A model generated the notes under the pieces. That model was not told where the DNA came from, ran no database searches, and saw only the letters and a program-made list of their open reading frames with translations. A DNA stretch of 64,000 nt from Candidatus Anammoximicrobium sp. (GTDB taxonomy: Bacteria > Planctomycetota > Planctomycetia > Pirellulales > Pirellulaceae). Shown piece after piece: positions 27,589-37,710 of this stretch (the stretch's first letter is position 1; each line of letters opens with the position of its first letter). The translations under genes and the position numbers were made by a program. The stretch covers positions 17,122 to 81,121 of the forward strand of contig JAAYYU010000042.1 in NCBI GenBank assembly GCA_012515235.1, given 5' to 3'.

Positions 27589-27607
27589 CTGCTGTCAGTG
27601 ACAGCAG
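27589..27607. promoter_or_regulatory. 19-bp perfect palindrome CTGCTGTCA-G-TGACAGCAG
   Basis: Read directly from the sequence. It lies in the 840-bp intergenic region upstream of kdsC (minus strand). Operator or hairpin role unknown. Confidence 0.25.
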
Positions 27608-27618
27608 GGCATGTTCGT

Positions 27619-27793
27619 TAGCAGCCCGTTGAAAAAAGGCTCTTCAGAAAAAGCAGCAAAAGGCAGCAAAAGGAAAAGGCAGCAAAAGGACGGGCACCTC
27701 GCGGCACCTCGCGAGGTTCGTTCTTGCTTGGAGTTCTTCAACGCTGTTCGGAAACGAACTCGGAGCCAGTCCCCCTTCTTTCAACAGGCTGTT
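27619..27793. repeat. second palindromic element family, copy A (about 175 bp), with internal microrepeats
   Basis: Termini TAGCAGCCCGTTGAAAAAAGG (left) and CCTTCTTTCAACAGGCTGTT (right) are inverted repeats. Inside are three GCAGCAAAAGG units, two tandem GCACCTCGCG units and the 12-bp palindrome ACCTCGCGAGGT (27706-27717). Related to 58405-58509. Confidence 0.6.
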
Positions 27794-27839
27794 CGCCGCT
27801 GCCGTTGCGGAAGGGCCTGTGCCTGCGGCTCTCATCGCG

Positions 27840-28331
27840 TCACGCCAGTTCTTTTGGCCGCCAGACGCCAGCGAGTTTTCCACCGGGAGGAACCGACAGA
27901 CTCTGCCAGCGATCGATGTCCAGGGTCAGCTGAGCGAGCGTTGCCGTGGGCAGGGATTCGTTCTGCCCTGTCAGGTACCGCAGCAACTCTTCCAGTCCCG
28001 GATTGTGGGCGACCACCAGGACGGTCGCGTGTTCGTCGTCCACCTCGCGGAGGACCTCGATGAAATGCCCCGGATAGGCCTCATACAGCCGCGGGTTCAC
28101 TTCGATCGGGCCGCCATATCCGCAAGCCTTCGCGACTTTGTTCGCCGTTTTGCGGGCGCGTTTGGCGGTTGAACAGACGATCAGATCGGGGACCAGACTA
28201 AGTTCTGTGAGCAACTGGCCGATGCGTTTGGCGTCCTTCTTGCCACGGTCGGTCAGCGGCCGGTCATGGTCCGGCACGGCGGGATCATCCCAACTCGACT
28301 TCGCGTGGCGGAGAATCAATAGCGTTTTCAT
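27840..28331 (-). CDS. histidine phosphatase superfamily protein (SixA-like)
   Basis: MKTLLILRHAKSSW..DHDRPLTDRGKKDA..VVAHNPGLEEL. Confidence 0.8.
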   Translation of the reverse strand: MKTLLILRHAKSSWDDPAVPDHDRPLTDRGKKDAKRIGQLLTELSLVPDLIVCSTAKRARKTANKVAKACGYGGPIEVNPRLYEAYPGHFIEVLREVDDEHATVLVVAHNPGLEELLRYLTGQNESLPTATLAQLTLDIDRWQSLSVPPGGKLAGVWRPKELA

Positions 28332-28490
28332 GGCTTTTACATGTCAGCACGTCGTTCGGAGATATGGGAATTCCGGACCAGGTGCGACGGCCGGTCAGAC
28401 CGCCTTCATGAGTCTTACTCAGAAACCACCTGTTACGCCAAGCAGGGTTTCCGAGTTGGGCAGGCCACCCCAAAAACGGATGGTCGGCTT

Positions 28491-29501
28491 TCAGGACTTC
28501 TTCTTCGAGCCGCCATTGTCTCCCTGCAGGCATTCTTCTGCCCATGCCGCTGCCCCCAGCACGGAGGCGTCGTCCGCCAGTTTGGCCACGGTGACTCGGA
28601 AGAAGTCGATCAACGGCGGCATGCACGTATTGCGAGCCACGGTGGTGACTGGCTCCAGGAACAGTTCGGGCAGGGCCTGAACCAAACCGCCTCCAAGCAC
28701 GATGACGTCGGGGCACATGATCGTGACCAAATTGCCCACCGCCGTCCCGATTTTCTCGGCGGCACGGCGGATAATCTGTTCTACGACCGTGTCGCCCTCC
28801 TTGATCGCCTGGGCCAGCACGGCGCTGCGGATTTCCTGCAGATCCGAACCGATGGTTCCTCGCAGGTGAGGCGCTTCGCCCCGGTACGCTGCCTTGGCCA
28901 CCTCGGCGGCGATTGCCAGACGGCTGGCCTCGGTCTCCAGGCAACCGTACCGCCCGCATCCGCAAAGCTTCCCGTGTGGGTTGACCTGAATATGCCCGAT
29001 CTCCATAGCGGAACAGGACTTGGCGCGAAAAATCTTGCCTTCGTATACGCAGCCTCCGCCGATGCCTGTGCCGGGGAAAACCCCCACGACACAGTGGGCT
29101 GACTTGGCGGCTCCAAAGCGATACTCCGCGTACACCCCGACATCTACGTCGTTGGCGATCGTGACCGGACAGCCGAATTCGCTCTCCAGCGTCTTCTTCA
29201 GCGGCATGTCTTCCCAGCCCAAATTAACGGCTTCCAGCAGTTTGCCGTTTCGCATATCCACTGGGCCGGGAAACCCGACGCCGATTCCCCCCAGTTGTTT
29301 GGGGTTTACCCCCGCGGTCTCCAGGGCCTTGCGGATCGTCTTCAGGATCCTCTCCATGCCGGCTTGTGCCCCGCCATGCTCCTTGGTCCGCTTCCGTTCG
29401 GACCCCAGTTCTCGGAAATTCGCGTCGTAAACCTTGGCGAGCATCTTAGTGCCGCCCAAGTCAAAACCGACCCAGATCGGAGTTTTCGGGCCATCTGCCA
29501 T
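28491..29501 (-). CDS. ROK-family sugar kinase (glucokinase-like)
   Basis: VGFDLGGTKMLA, GVGFPGPVD, and the zinc motif GHIQVNPHGKLCGCGRYGCLE. Confidence 0.85.
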   Translation of the reverse strand: MADGPKTPIWVGFDLGGTKMLAKVYDANFRELGSERKRTKEHGGAQAGMERILKTIRKALETAGVNPKQLGGIGVGFPGPVDMRNGKLLEAVNLGWEDMPLKKTLESEFGCPVTIANDVDVGVYAEYRFGAAKSAHCVVGVFPGTGIGGGCVYEGKIFRAKSCSAMEIGHIQVNPHGKLCGCGRYGCLETEASRLAIAAEVAKAAYRGEAPHLRGTIGSDLQEIRSAVLAQAIKEGDTVVEQIIRRAAEKIGTAVGNLVTIMCPDVIVLGGGLVQALPELFLEPVTTVARNTCMPPLIDFFRVTVAKLADDASVLGAAAWAEECLQGDNGGSKKKS

Positions 29502-29740
29502 GGTGGTTTCGCCCTCATCTGGTGTGTGCGGTGTAAATCCTTACGTTCTGCATAAGATAGCAGATTCCAGGTAGCCTGCGACGGGGGTGCCAGTGGGGCG
29601 GGCAAGCCGTGCGGAATTCAACTCCACGATAGACTGCCACCGTACTTGCAAACTGCCGTCATCTCGCCATAATTTCGCTTTGCGTTTACGATCCCCGGTG
29701 AGCCTGATCAACGCGATTCACACGAAAGGTACAACGTAAC

Positions 29741-32314
29741 ATGGGTGGCAGATTCAGTAGGACGATGAGGGGTAAACACGCCAGGACGGCATTTCTGTTT
29801 ATCATGTCGCTGGCGTTTCTGGCGGGCTATCTCTGGCTTCCCGCGTTTGCGCAGGAGACGGAGGCGACGGCTCATTCCGCGCACGGCGCCAACTTCAAGT
29901 TCTTCGAGCCGTTGCTGAACCACGAAAAGTACGATACGTTGGAACGTACCGGCTTGATCGCCGTTCTGGTGATCGCCATCCTGGGGTTGGCGTATGCCTT
30001 GATGCTCAGGAGCCAAGTGCTGCGGGCGCCGACCGGCACCAAGAAGATGCAGGAAATCGCCGACGCGGTCCGCGAGGGCGCCAACGCCTATCTGGGTGCG
30101 CAGTTCCGCAAGATTGGGCCGCTGATCGTGATCATCACGGTCGCCCTGTGGTTTACCAAGTACAACGATCCGGTGTTTGCCTATGGGCGTGCGGGCGCTT
30201 TCCTGATGGGTGCCCTGTTCAGTTGGTGCGTCGGATTCGTCGGGATGCGTCTGGCCACCGCCGGCAACCTCCGCGTGGCCACTGCGGCCCGCAGCAGCTA
30301 TGGCGAAGCCATGCAACTCGGCTATCGCACGGGCACGGTGGCGGGAATGTTGACCGACGGTCTGGGCCTGCTGGGCGGCACGTGCATTTTCATGGTTTAC
30401 GGGGAACAGGCCTACGAAGCTCTGCTGGGCTTCGGCTTCGGCGGCACGCTGCTGGCCTTGTTCATGCGTGTCGGCGGCGGCATCTACACCAAAGCGGCCG
30501 ACGTGGGCGCTGACCTGGTCGGCAAAGTCGAGGCGGACATTCCGGAGGACGACCCGCGCAATGCTGCGACGATCGCCGACAACGTCGGGGACAACGTCGG
30601 GGACTGTGCCGGGATGGCGGCCGACATTTTCGAGTCTTACGAAGTGACCATCGTGGCGGCCATGATTCTGGGCATGGCCAGCTATGGCCACAAGGGCGTG
30701 ATCTTCCCCTTGCTGGTCCGAGGCATCGGCGTGCTGGGGTCGATCATCAGCACGTACACCGTCAAGGCCGGCCCGAACGACACCTCCGACACCGCTTTGC
30801 ACAGTGTCCATCGCGGTTTCTGGATCGGCTCCTTCATTTCCGTGCTCGGCTTTGTCGTCCTTGGCATGATGTACCTGCGGTTCGACGCGGCCTACTTTAC
30901 CCAGTACAAACAGGCCGTCAGCGGTTTCCCGGGTCTGGACTTCACCACCGAACTCTCGGGTTGGTTCATGGTCGCCGGGGCGGACACGCGGCCGATCATC
31001 ACTTGCTTCATCGGCATCATGCTGGCCATCGCGTTGAACAAGCTGACCAGCTACTACACGCACACCAGCCACGCCCCCGTCAAGAGCCTGGCCCGCGCCT
31101 GCCAGACAGGCCATGCCACCAACATCATCCAGGGCTTTGCGGTGGGCTATGAATCGGCCGTGATGGCGACGCTGGTCCTGGCCGCAGCGATCGCGCTGTC
31201 GGTCTTCTGCTACGCCGGCACGTCTGCGGTCTTCGTGGCCTACGGCGTGGCGATGGCGGGCATCGGCATGTTGACGCTGACCGGCAACACGATTTCGATG
31301 GACGTGTTCGGGCCGGTGGCCGACAACGCCAACGGCATCGGCGAGATGGGCTATGACAAGGACGAGATGGGCGAGGAGAACTACAAGCGGGCTCGCCAGA
31401 TCCTGGCCGACTTGGACGCCGTGGGCAACACCACCAAGGCGGAAACCAAGGGTATCGCCATCGGCTCGGCCGTGATCGCGGCCGTCTCGATGTTCGCCAG
31501 CTTTATCGCCACGCTGGCGATGGGCTCCGAAGAAAAGATCATGGAGATGTCACAGGAGCAGTACGAGAAGTACTCGGCGCTGCTGACCGTCGCCGACCCC
31601 AAAGTCTTGATCGGCCTGCTGATCGGCGGCGTCGTGCCCTGGCTGTTCAGCTCCATGTTGATCCGGGCCGTCGGCCGAGCGGCGTTTTACATCATCAAGG
31701 AATGCCGCGTCCAGTTCCGGGACAAGGAAATCTGGGCCGGCACCAAGAAGCCCGACTACGGCCGCGTGGTGAACCTGTGCACCAGCGCTGCCCAGAGCGA
31801 GCTGATCGGCCCGGCCCTGCTAGGCGTGCTCAGCCCGATCCTGGCCGGGTTGCTGCTGGGGCCGTACGCCATGGGCGGGTTCCTGGCCGGCATGATCGTG
31901 TCGGGCGTGATGCTGGGCGTGTTCATGGCCAACGCCGGCGGCGCGTGGGACAACGCCAAGAAGATGATCGAGGACGAGCCTCGCGACCATGCCCGCAATT
32001 TGGGTAAGGGGTCGGAGAAGCACAAGGCCGCCGTGACGGGCGATACGGTGGGCGATCCGTTGAAGGACACCGCCGGGCCGGCCATCAACCCGATGGTCAA
32101 GGTCATGAACATGGTGGCCATGCTGGCACTCACCAGCGTCGTGTTGCCGTTCAACATGGCGGGCGACAGGAACCCCGCCACCAACATGCCGCCCAACGGG
32201 ATCATCGGCCTGATGCTCAGCATCGTGTTCATCGCGGCGATCGTGTGGGCGGTCCGCAACTCGAAGCGAGAGACCGCCGAGATGCAAGCGATCGACGACA
32301 AGGTTGACGGCTAG
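29741..32314 (+). CDS. hppA: membrane-bound proton/sodium-translocating pyrophosphatase
   Basis: GGGIYTKAADVGADLVGKVE, DNVGDNVGDCAGMAADIFESY, GGAWDNAKK, TGDTVGDPLKDTAGPAINP. The exact start within the first 10 codons or so is uncertain. Confidence 0.95.
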   Translation: MGGRFSRTMRGKHARTAFLFIMSLAFLAGYLWLPAFAQETEATAHSAHGANFKFFEPLLNHEKYDTLERTGLIAVLVIAILGLAYALMLRSQVLRAPTGTKKMQEIADAVREGANAYLGAQFRKIGPLIVIITVALWFTKYNDPVFAYGRAGAFLMGALFSWCVGFVGMRLATAGNLRVATAARSSYGEAMQLGYRTGTVAGMLTDGLGLLGGTCIFMVYGEQAYEALLGFGFGGTLLALFMRVGGGIYTKAADVGADLVGKVEADIPEDDPRNAATIADNVGDNVGDCAGMAADIFESYEVTIVAAMILGMASYGHKGVIFPLLVRGIGVLGSIISTYTVKAGPNDTSDTALHSVHRGFWIGSFISVLGFVVLGMMYLRFDAAYFTQYKQAVSGFPGLDFTTELSGWFMVAGADTRPIITCFIGIMLAIALNKLTSYYTHTSHAPVKSLARACQTGHATNIIQGFAVGYESAVMATLVLAAAIALSVFCYAGTSAVFVAYGVAMAGIGMLTLTGNTISMDVFGPVADNANGIGEMGYDKDEMGEENYKRARQILADLDAVGNTTKAETKGIAIGSAVIAAVSMFASFIATLAMGSEEKIMEMSQEQYEKYSALLTVADPKVLIGLLIGGVVPWLFSSMLIRAVGRAAFYIIKECRVQFRDKEIWAGTKKPDYGRVVNLCTSAAQSELIGPALLGVLSPILAGLLLGPYAMGGFLAGMIVSGVMLGVFMANAGGAWDNAKKMIEDEPRDHARNLGKGSEKHKAAVTGDTVGDPLKDTAGPAINPMVKVMNMVAMLALTSVVLPFNMAGDRNPATNMPPNGIIGLMLSIVFIAAIVWAVRNSKRETAEMQAIDDKVDG

Positions 32315-32372
32315 ACGCAGGCTGTCTCGACACGTGGCCGCGGCTCCAGAGCCGCGGCGAAGGTTTCGCACA

Positions 32373-32410
32373 GACGGGGCCCGGCGAATTCGCCGGGCCC
32401 CGTCTCTTTT
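32373..32410 (+). terminator. rho-independent terminator of hppA
   Basis: Perfect 32-nt palindrome GACGGGGCCCGGCGAATTCGCCGGGCCCCGTC followed by TCTTTT. A second hairpin lies at 32337-32358. Confidence 0.8.
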
Positions 32411-32471
32411 GAGGGATCGGGACCGTGGCGGCCGCCGGATTCAACCGCTGGAACAGGTGACCGGCGGCCTT

Positions 32472-34361
32472 TCAGCCCCCTTTGCTTCCTGCCTGCGATC
32501 TCTCTTTGGCTGACCTCTTTCCTGCAAGGCCGCTGGACAGAAACTTTGTGAGCCGGCCGTTTCCCGGATTCTCGAACGGTCCGGTGGTGGGGTTGGCCTC
32601 GTTGCGAGGCTGGCCGAAGTAGTCGGTGTTGATCCGAATCGGCGTGCCGTCGGGTTGTTCAAACGGAAGCTGGGGAATGGCCGCTTGGCCGAGGAGTTCG
32701 CTGGTTACCAGGGGGCGCGTCGCCGGGCTGGTCCAACGCTGGTCAAACGTCAGCTCAAGATAAAAGCCGTCCGCGTTTTCGACCAGTTTCAATGCCGGGT
32801 CGGCCTTGGGTTGGACGAGCGGGTTTCGTTCGTGTTTGGAAGGCGTCGCTCCCTGGAGGAAGACGTTGCCGTCCATCCAGACGGGCAAGCTGGCGGCGTC
32901 ATACGGAGACAGTCCGTTCGCGCCGACGAAAATGTTGTTGTAGAAACGGTTGTCGCCTCCCACGATGTTTTTCAGCCCCGCGACATCGGTCGAGTGAGGC
33001 TTGTGGAAGGGCGTCAGGCGCCGCAGTTCGGGGCGGGGCACGATCCGCCCGGCCATGAGGTTGTGGGCATACGCCCCGCCCTCCGACCAGTCGAGCAGGG
33101 TGGTCGCGGACAAAAAAACGTTGTTGTCCACGACGAACGGGCCGTGGTTGACTTCGACGAACAGGTCCTCCGTGATGTTGTCGTGGAACAGGTTGCGCGT
33201 CACGCGTGTGCCTTGCGCCATCCAGTCCAGCCACAGGCCGCGCGTCGTCCGGTAGATGTGGTTGTGGCTGATCTCGGTATCGATCGCGGCGTGGAACTTG
33301 ATGCCCGCCATCTCCGCGCCGGTGAACAATCGCCGCACATGGATGTCGTGGATCGTGTTGCCGCTGACCACGCAAAAGACCGGTCCCAAGCTGCCGACGA
33401 TTCCCGCTTGTTCGCAGTGGGAAACGACGTTGTTGCGGACCAGGTGGTGGCCGATGTTGTCTTTGGTCCAGGGGATCGGGTGGGCCTGGGCACGTTCGAT
33501 GGTCTTGACGTAGCCTTCGGCGGTGTTGGCCGAGGTGTTGTCGAACTGGTCGCCGTGTTTCCCAAGTGCGATGCCGGAACAGACGGAGTGGCTGATCACG
33601 TTGTCCTCGATGATCCAGCCCCGGCTCCAGTGCGTGCCGATCAAGCCGATCTGCTCGGCGGTGGGCGGGGCCCACGGAGTCGCGGCGTGGCGCATCACGA
33701 AGCCGCGCACGGTGAGGTAGTTTCGGCCTGGCTTGTCAGGATAGAAGACCGTCTGGCGGACGTTGATCTCGACGAGTTGCTCGTTGGGATCGACGCCCTT
33801 GAACTGTGCCCAAAGGGTCGTGCGTTCGTTGTCCACCTGGCCGAACCAGAGTCCGGTGTCGCCGGCGGGTTGGAGCACGTCGTCCAGCTTGGCCGCCTCG
33901 ATCAACCACTGGCCGTTCAGATACACGGCGCCGGTGTGGTGCTCACGGCCTTTGGGATTGAACCAGTCGCCGTGGATCAAATCGCGGTACGGATTGAAGC
34001 CGCCGAAGAAGGTATTGGGCAGCGTGACGCGCCAGACGTCATTCTGGACTTGCACCCAGTCCTTGACGACCTCCGATCCCTTGATCTCGACCTTCTCGCC
34101 CGGTGCCGCCTGGTAGACGATGCGTTTTGCGTCCGACGCACCTCCGCGCGGCGGGTTGATCCGTTCGCGGTACACGCCTTCGTGGACGATGATTACGTCG
34201 CCCGGCTGAGCCAATTCCGCCGCGTGCTGGATTGTGCGCAGCGGGGTCGCGCGCGTGCCGGGGTTGGAATCATTGCCTTGGGGTGCCACGTGAAGTTCGG
34301 CGGCGCGAGCCCCCGCGGCCCCGGCGACGATGGCGGCAATCGTGATGACAGCGGTTTTCAT
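32472..34361 (-). CDS. exported right-handed parallel beta-helix protein (pectate-lyase-fold glycan-active enzyme)
   Basis: GAGGAG precedes the ATG at 34361. The protein starts MKTAVITIAAIVAGAAGARAAELHVAPQGNDSNPGTRATPLRTIQHAAELAQPGDVIIVHEGVYRE. Repeated N-x-[IV] rungs follow. The track ORF extension to 35627 overlaps cinA and is rejected. Confidence 0.8.
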   Translation of the reverse strand: MKTAVITIAAIVAGAAGARAAELHVAPQGNDSNPGTRATPLRTIQHAAELAQPGDVIIVHEGVYRERINPPRGGASDAKRIVYQAAPGEKVEIKGSEVVKDWVQVQNDVWRVTLPNTFFGGFNPYRDLIHGDWFNPKGREHHTGAVYLNGQWLIEAAKLDDVLQPAGDTGLWFGQVDNERTTLWAQFKGVDPNEQLVEINVRQTVFYPDKPGRNYLTVRGFVMRHAATPWAPPTAEQIGLIGTHWSRGWIIEDNVISHSVCSGIALGKHGDQFDNTSANTAEGYVKTIERAQAHPIPWTKDNIGHHLVRNNVVSHCEQAGIVGSLGPVFCVVSGNTIHDIHVRRLFTGAEMAGIKFHAAIDTEISHNHIYRTTRGLWLDWMAQGTRVTRNLFHDNITEDLFVEVNHGPFVVDNNVFLSATTLLDWSEGGAYAHNLMAGRIVPRPELRRLTPFHKPHSTDVAGLKNIVGGDNRFYNNIFVGANGLSPYDAASLPVWMDGNVFLQGATPSKHERNPLVQPKADPALKLVENADGFYLELTFDQRWTSPATRPLVTSELLGQAAIPQLPFEQPDGTPIRINTDYFGQPRNEANPTTGPFENPGNGRLTKFLSSGLAGKRSAKERSQAGSKGG

Positions 34362-34423
34362 GGTGTGCTCCTCGTTTCTGGTGGGGTTACTTCCTTGGGC
34401 ACGGCAGCCGGGGAAGATCCCGT

Positions 34424-35695
34424 CTACCGCGAAGCGGTGCGATCCGCGCCGAGCAGCGTCAGTCGCACGAAGTTCAATGCCTCCTTGACCGTCCGCTCCA
34501 ACAGGATGTCCGGGTGACCGGCGTAGGGCGTCGAATGAAGACGCACGGCGGTCGCGTCTGCCAGCGCGAACTGGACTGGCGCCGGACCGGCTGCTGGCGA
34601 GTCGGGCGGCGGAAACGGCCCCAGGGCGAAGGCATAGTCGGTTCGGAACGCGGTCCGGCACGCGGCGGCCAGCGTTCCGGGATCGCTGGCCGTCGCCGCC
34701 TGGTTGGCTGCGGCGACGTTGCCAGCGGCCTTCAGCAGGCCTTGTTGAGACGCCGGGTCGCGGAGCACCAGTCCTCCCTGAAATGCCCGCTGTTCCGGAT
34801 CGGCCGAACTCAGCCACGCGGCCAGCATGCCGCCGGAACCGCATTCGACCGTCGCCAGTGTCTGTCGCCGCTGCGCCAGCAGGAGGATCACTGCGTCCTG
34901 CAGCGTCTGTCCGTCCTCCCCGAAGATCAGGTTGCCCAAACACTGGTAGATTGTTTCGGCGGTGGGCTGTATCGCCGCCAGGCAAGCCTTGGGTGTGGAG
35001 CCTTTGGCCGCGATCCTCAGCGTGATCGTCGCCTGACTGGCCGTAATCCCGACGGACGGCAGACGGCCGCGGCGGACGAGGTCGGGCAACATGGCCTCGA
35101 TCGCGCTTTCGCCCGCGCCGAAGCAGTGGATCGAGCGGTGCCGAATCACGCGGCCGTTGGGGCCGGTCAGGGCGGCCAAGGCCGGCTGGACGCTCGCCTT
35201 CCACATGTCGCGCATCTCGGCCGGCACGCCAGGCAGGGCGAAGATGCGGGCCGGCGGGCGGCCGATCCGCGGCACCTCGAGATCGATTCCGGGCGCCGTG
35301 CCGTGCGGGTTGGGAATGACACGACTGCCGCGCGGAAACATGGCCTGCACCACGTTCCGCTCCGGCATTTCGCGGCCGCGGCGGGCAAACAACGCCCGGA
35401 TCTGGGCCAGCACCGCCTCGTCCTGGACCAGGTCGACACCGCCAACCTGGGCCAGGCACTCGCGCGTGAGATCGTCGGCCGTCGGTCCCAGTCCGCCCGT
35501 GCTCACAACGACATCCGCGCGCTGCACCGCTTGCCGGAACACGGCCGTGCCCGCCTCCAAGTCGTCGCCGACGGTGGTGTGAAAGAAAGCCTGGATTCCC
35601 AGGTCGGCCAGTTGTTGGCTGAGCCACTGGCTGTTCGTGTCCAGCCGCTGACCGCTGGCTAGTTCGTCACCGAGGGCGATGATTTCGGCTCGCAT
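34424..35695 (-). CDS. cinA: CinA-family protein (MoCF-binding domain plus nicotinamide-nucleotide amidohydrolase domain)
   Basis: MRAEIIALGDELASGQRLDTNSQWLSQQLADLGI..VVVSTGGLGPTADDLTRE..GVPAEM. Confidence 0.85.
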   Translation of the reverse strand: MRAEIIALGDELASGQRLDTNSQWLSQQLADLGIQAFFHTTVGDDLEAGTAVFRQAVQRADVVVSTGGLGPTADDLTRECLAQVGGVDLVQDEAVLAQIRALFARRGREMPERNVVQAMFPRGSRVIPNPHGTAPGIDLEVPRIGRPPARIFALPGVPAEMRDMWKASVQPALAALTGPNGRVIRHRSIHCFGAGESAIEAMLPDLVRRGRLPSVGITASQATITLRIAAKGSTPKACLAAIQPTAETIYQCLGNLIFGEDGQTLQDAVILLLAQRRQTLATVECGSGGMLAAWLSSADPEQRAFQGGLVLRDPASQQGLLKAAGNVAAANQAATASDPGTLAAACRTAFRTDYAFALGPFPPPDSPAAGPAPVQFALADATAVRLHSTPYAGHPDILLERTVKEALNFVRLTLLGADRTASR

Positions 35696-35896
35696 GTGTC
35701 GTCGGGTCCGCAGAGATGGTTAGGGGGGTTCCCGCTGGGGCTAGCAGAAGCGAAAACGGAGCCAGCGGCAAGGGGGCATTCGCTTTGGACGCGGGGCGGA
35801 AGCGGCGGGCGTGGGCGCAAAGAAAAGACCGCCAGGTTTGGGCCTGACGGTCGGACTTCTTCGGGTTCGCAGACGGCAGCCATTCTGGCCGCCGGC

Positions 35897-37318
35897 TCAA
35901 GGACTTGCCGTTGGCGACGCTTTCGGCCGGGGAGCCTCGCTCTTGGCATCGCCGATGGCGGAAGGCCGAGACATCGGCACGACCCGGTTGTCGGGAACGT
36001 AGCCCATGCGATCCAGCAGGTTTTCGAGCGTAATAGACTCGATGCCCAGTCGCGTCGCCTCGCCCGTCATCGCCGTATAACCCTCGATCAGTTTCTGGTT
36101 CGTCTTGTCCGTAGGGCGATCGCCCTTGACCAAATACCGGGTTTCCATCGTTATCTTGCCCGCGATGCTGCCGTCTTCCAGCAATTCCGCATCGACCAAG
36201 CCGCCGTTCATCGTGATCAGAGCCTTGACCTTCGTCTGGTCGCTTTTGCCGTCCTTGTCCATGTCGATCAGGCCCGCCAAAGCAAACCGGGTCTTCTGGC
36301 CCTTGCGGAACGATGGCGAGTAGATCTTGTCGCCCTGCATGATCGGGTTGGCAAGATCCTCCTCGTCCAGGATACGCGCCTCCGAGGTGTGCCGGTCCTT
36401 GACTTGGGTGATCTCAATCCGGCCCTTCACCTTGCTCCGGGTGACTCCGGTCTCGTTTTGGTCAATGACGCTGAAGATCATCTGCCGTTCGACGTTGTCC
36501 GCGGAACCCAGGTTGATCCAGACGGTATTGGCGCGGGAATTGACCAGAGTCACTTCGCCATCCGGCCGCTCGTAGGTAACGCCCGCGTCTTTCTTCATCT
36601 TCTCCAACTGTTCCCTCTGCGACTCGTACAGTTGATTCAGCTGGGTGAGCGAACGCGTCATTTCCTCCTTCGTCGCGGCGTGAGCGGCGGTCACTTTCGC
36701 CAGTTCTTGGTTCTTTTGTGGCACGATCGCGGCGACCTTTTGGCCTTCTTCCGTGATCCGCGTACGTTCGGCGTTGAACTTTTCGCGTTCGGAGGCCAGA
36801 TCGGTCTGCACGGTTGCCAGCATCTCTTCGGCCTTCTTGGCTCGCGCCGCTTCTGCCGCCTTGATTTGCTCCCGCTGGCGCTCCAAGTCCTTGGCCATGG
36901 TATCCGCGTCTACCAGGTTCTTATTGCGGGCGTTGATGGCGACGATCAGATGCTCCGGCAGCGTCGTATAGCTCAGATCCTGGCCCGCGTAGCCGGCGCC
37001 GTACATCTTCATGTGCTTGTCATAGTTGTCCATGATCTGCTTCATCTGTTCGTTTCCGCCCAAGCCCTGCTTGATGCTCGTCAGCTCGGCTTCCGTCTTG
37101 CGGTCATAGCCCAAGATGTGCTTGAGGACCTGATTCTCGAATTGCAGTTTCATCGTGGTTTCTTTTTCGCGTTTTGCCTCTTCGGCCTTGGCGAGATACC
37201 TTCCCACGTTTTCTTCTGCCCTGCGAAAATACAGATAGGTGGTGACCGCCAGGACGACGGTGACCATCACGAACAGGATGAGTGCAACCTGAAGTCCTTG
37301 ACTCTCACGAGCTGCCAT
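35897..37318 (-). CDS. membrane-anchored coiled-coil protein, function unknown
   Basis: N-terminal TM (LQVALILFVMVTVVLAVTTYLYF) is followed by a long K/E/A/Q-rich heptad-like region. The C-terminal part is a beta-rich domain (GEVTLVNSRANTVWINLG..KGRIEITQV..GDKIYSP). Confidence 0.6.
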   Translation of the reverse strand: MAARESQGLQVALILFVMVTVVLAVTTYLYFRRAEENVGRYLAKAEEAKREKETTMKLQFENQVLKHILGYDRKTEAELTSIKQGLGGNEQMKQIMDNYDKHMKMYGAGYAGQDLSYTTLPEHLIVAINARNKNLVDADTMAKDLERQREQIKAAEAARAKKAEEMLATVQTDLASEREKFNAERTRITEEGQKVAAIVPQKNQELAKVTAAHAATKEEMTRSLTQLNQLYESQREQLEKMKKDAGVTYERPDGEVTLVNSRANTVWINLGSADNVERQMIFSVIDQNETGVTRSKVKGRIEITQVKDRHTSEARILDEEDLANPIMQGDKIYSPSFRKGQKTRFALAGLIDMDKDGKSDQTKVKALITMNGGLVDAELLEDGSIAGKITMETRYLVKGDRPTDKTNQKLIEGYTAMTGEATRLGIESITLENLLDRMGYVPDNRVVPMSRPSAIGDAKSEAPRPKASPTASP

Positions 37319-37710
37319 GATTCATTCTCCTTCGGCCGGAAATCACGCCGGGGAAGACGGATGCGAAAAGCCAGGTGCCGCCCAAGGCACCGTCTTATTC
37401 GCCGGCCGCACAACGGATTATTCCCTCAGCTACGGTGTCTCAGAAAGACCTAAGTCGAGTTTAGGGCACGGGATAGGCCGTGTCAATCAGAATCCTGACG
37501 CGAGTCGCTGCAACGGCGCAAGAAGGCCGGCTTTTTTGGAACATATCGGCATGTGAAGCCGAAGCCGCTGCCGCTGGCCTGCGACGAGCAGCCGTCACCG
37601 GTTCGTCTCCCCGTCATTGCCAGCGGGCGATCCACAGGGAAAAATGTCACCGTCGGCCAGAGCGTCCGTGGCCAGTCCCTTACTTCTGCCCAGCAAGGCT
37701 TAACGAACCT

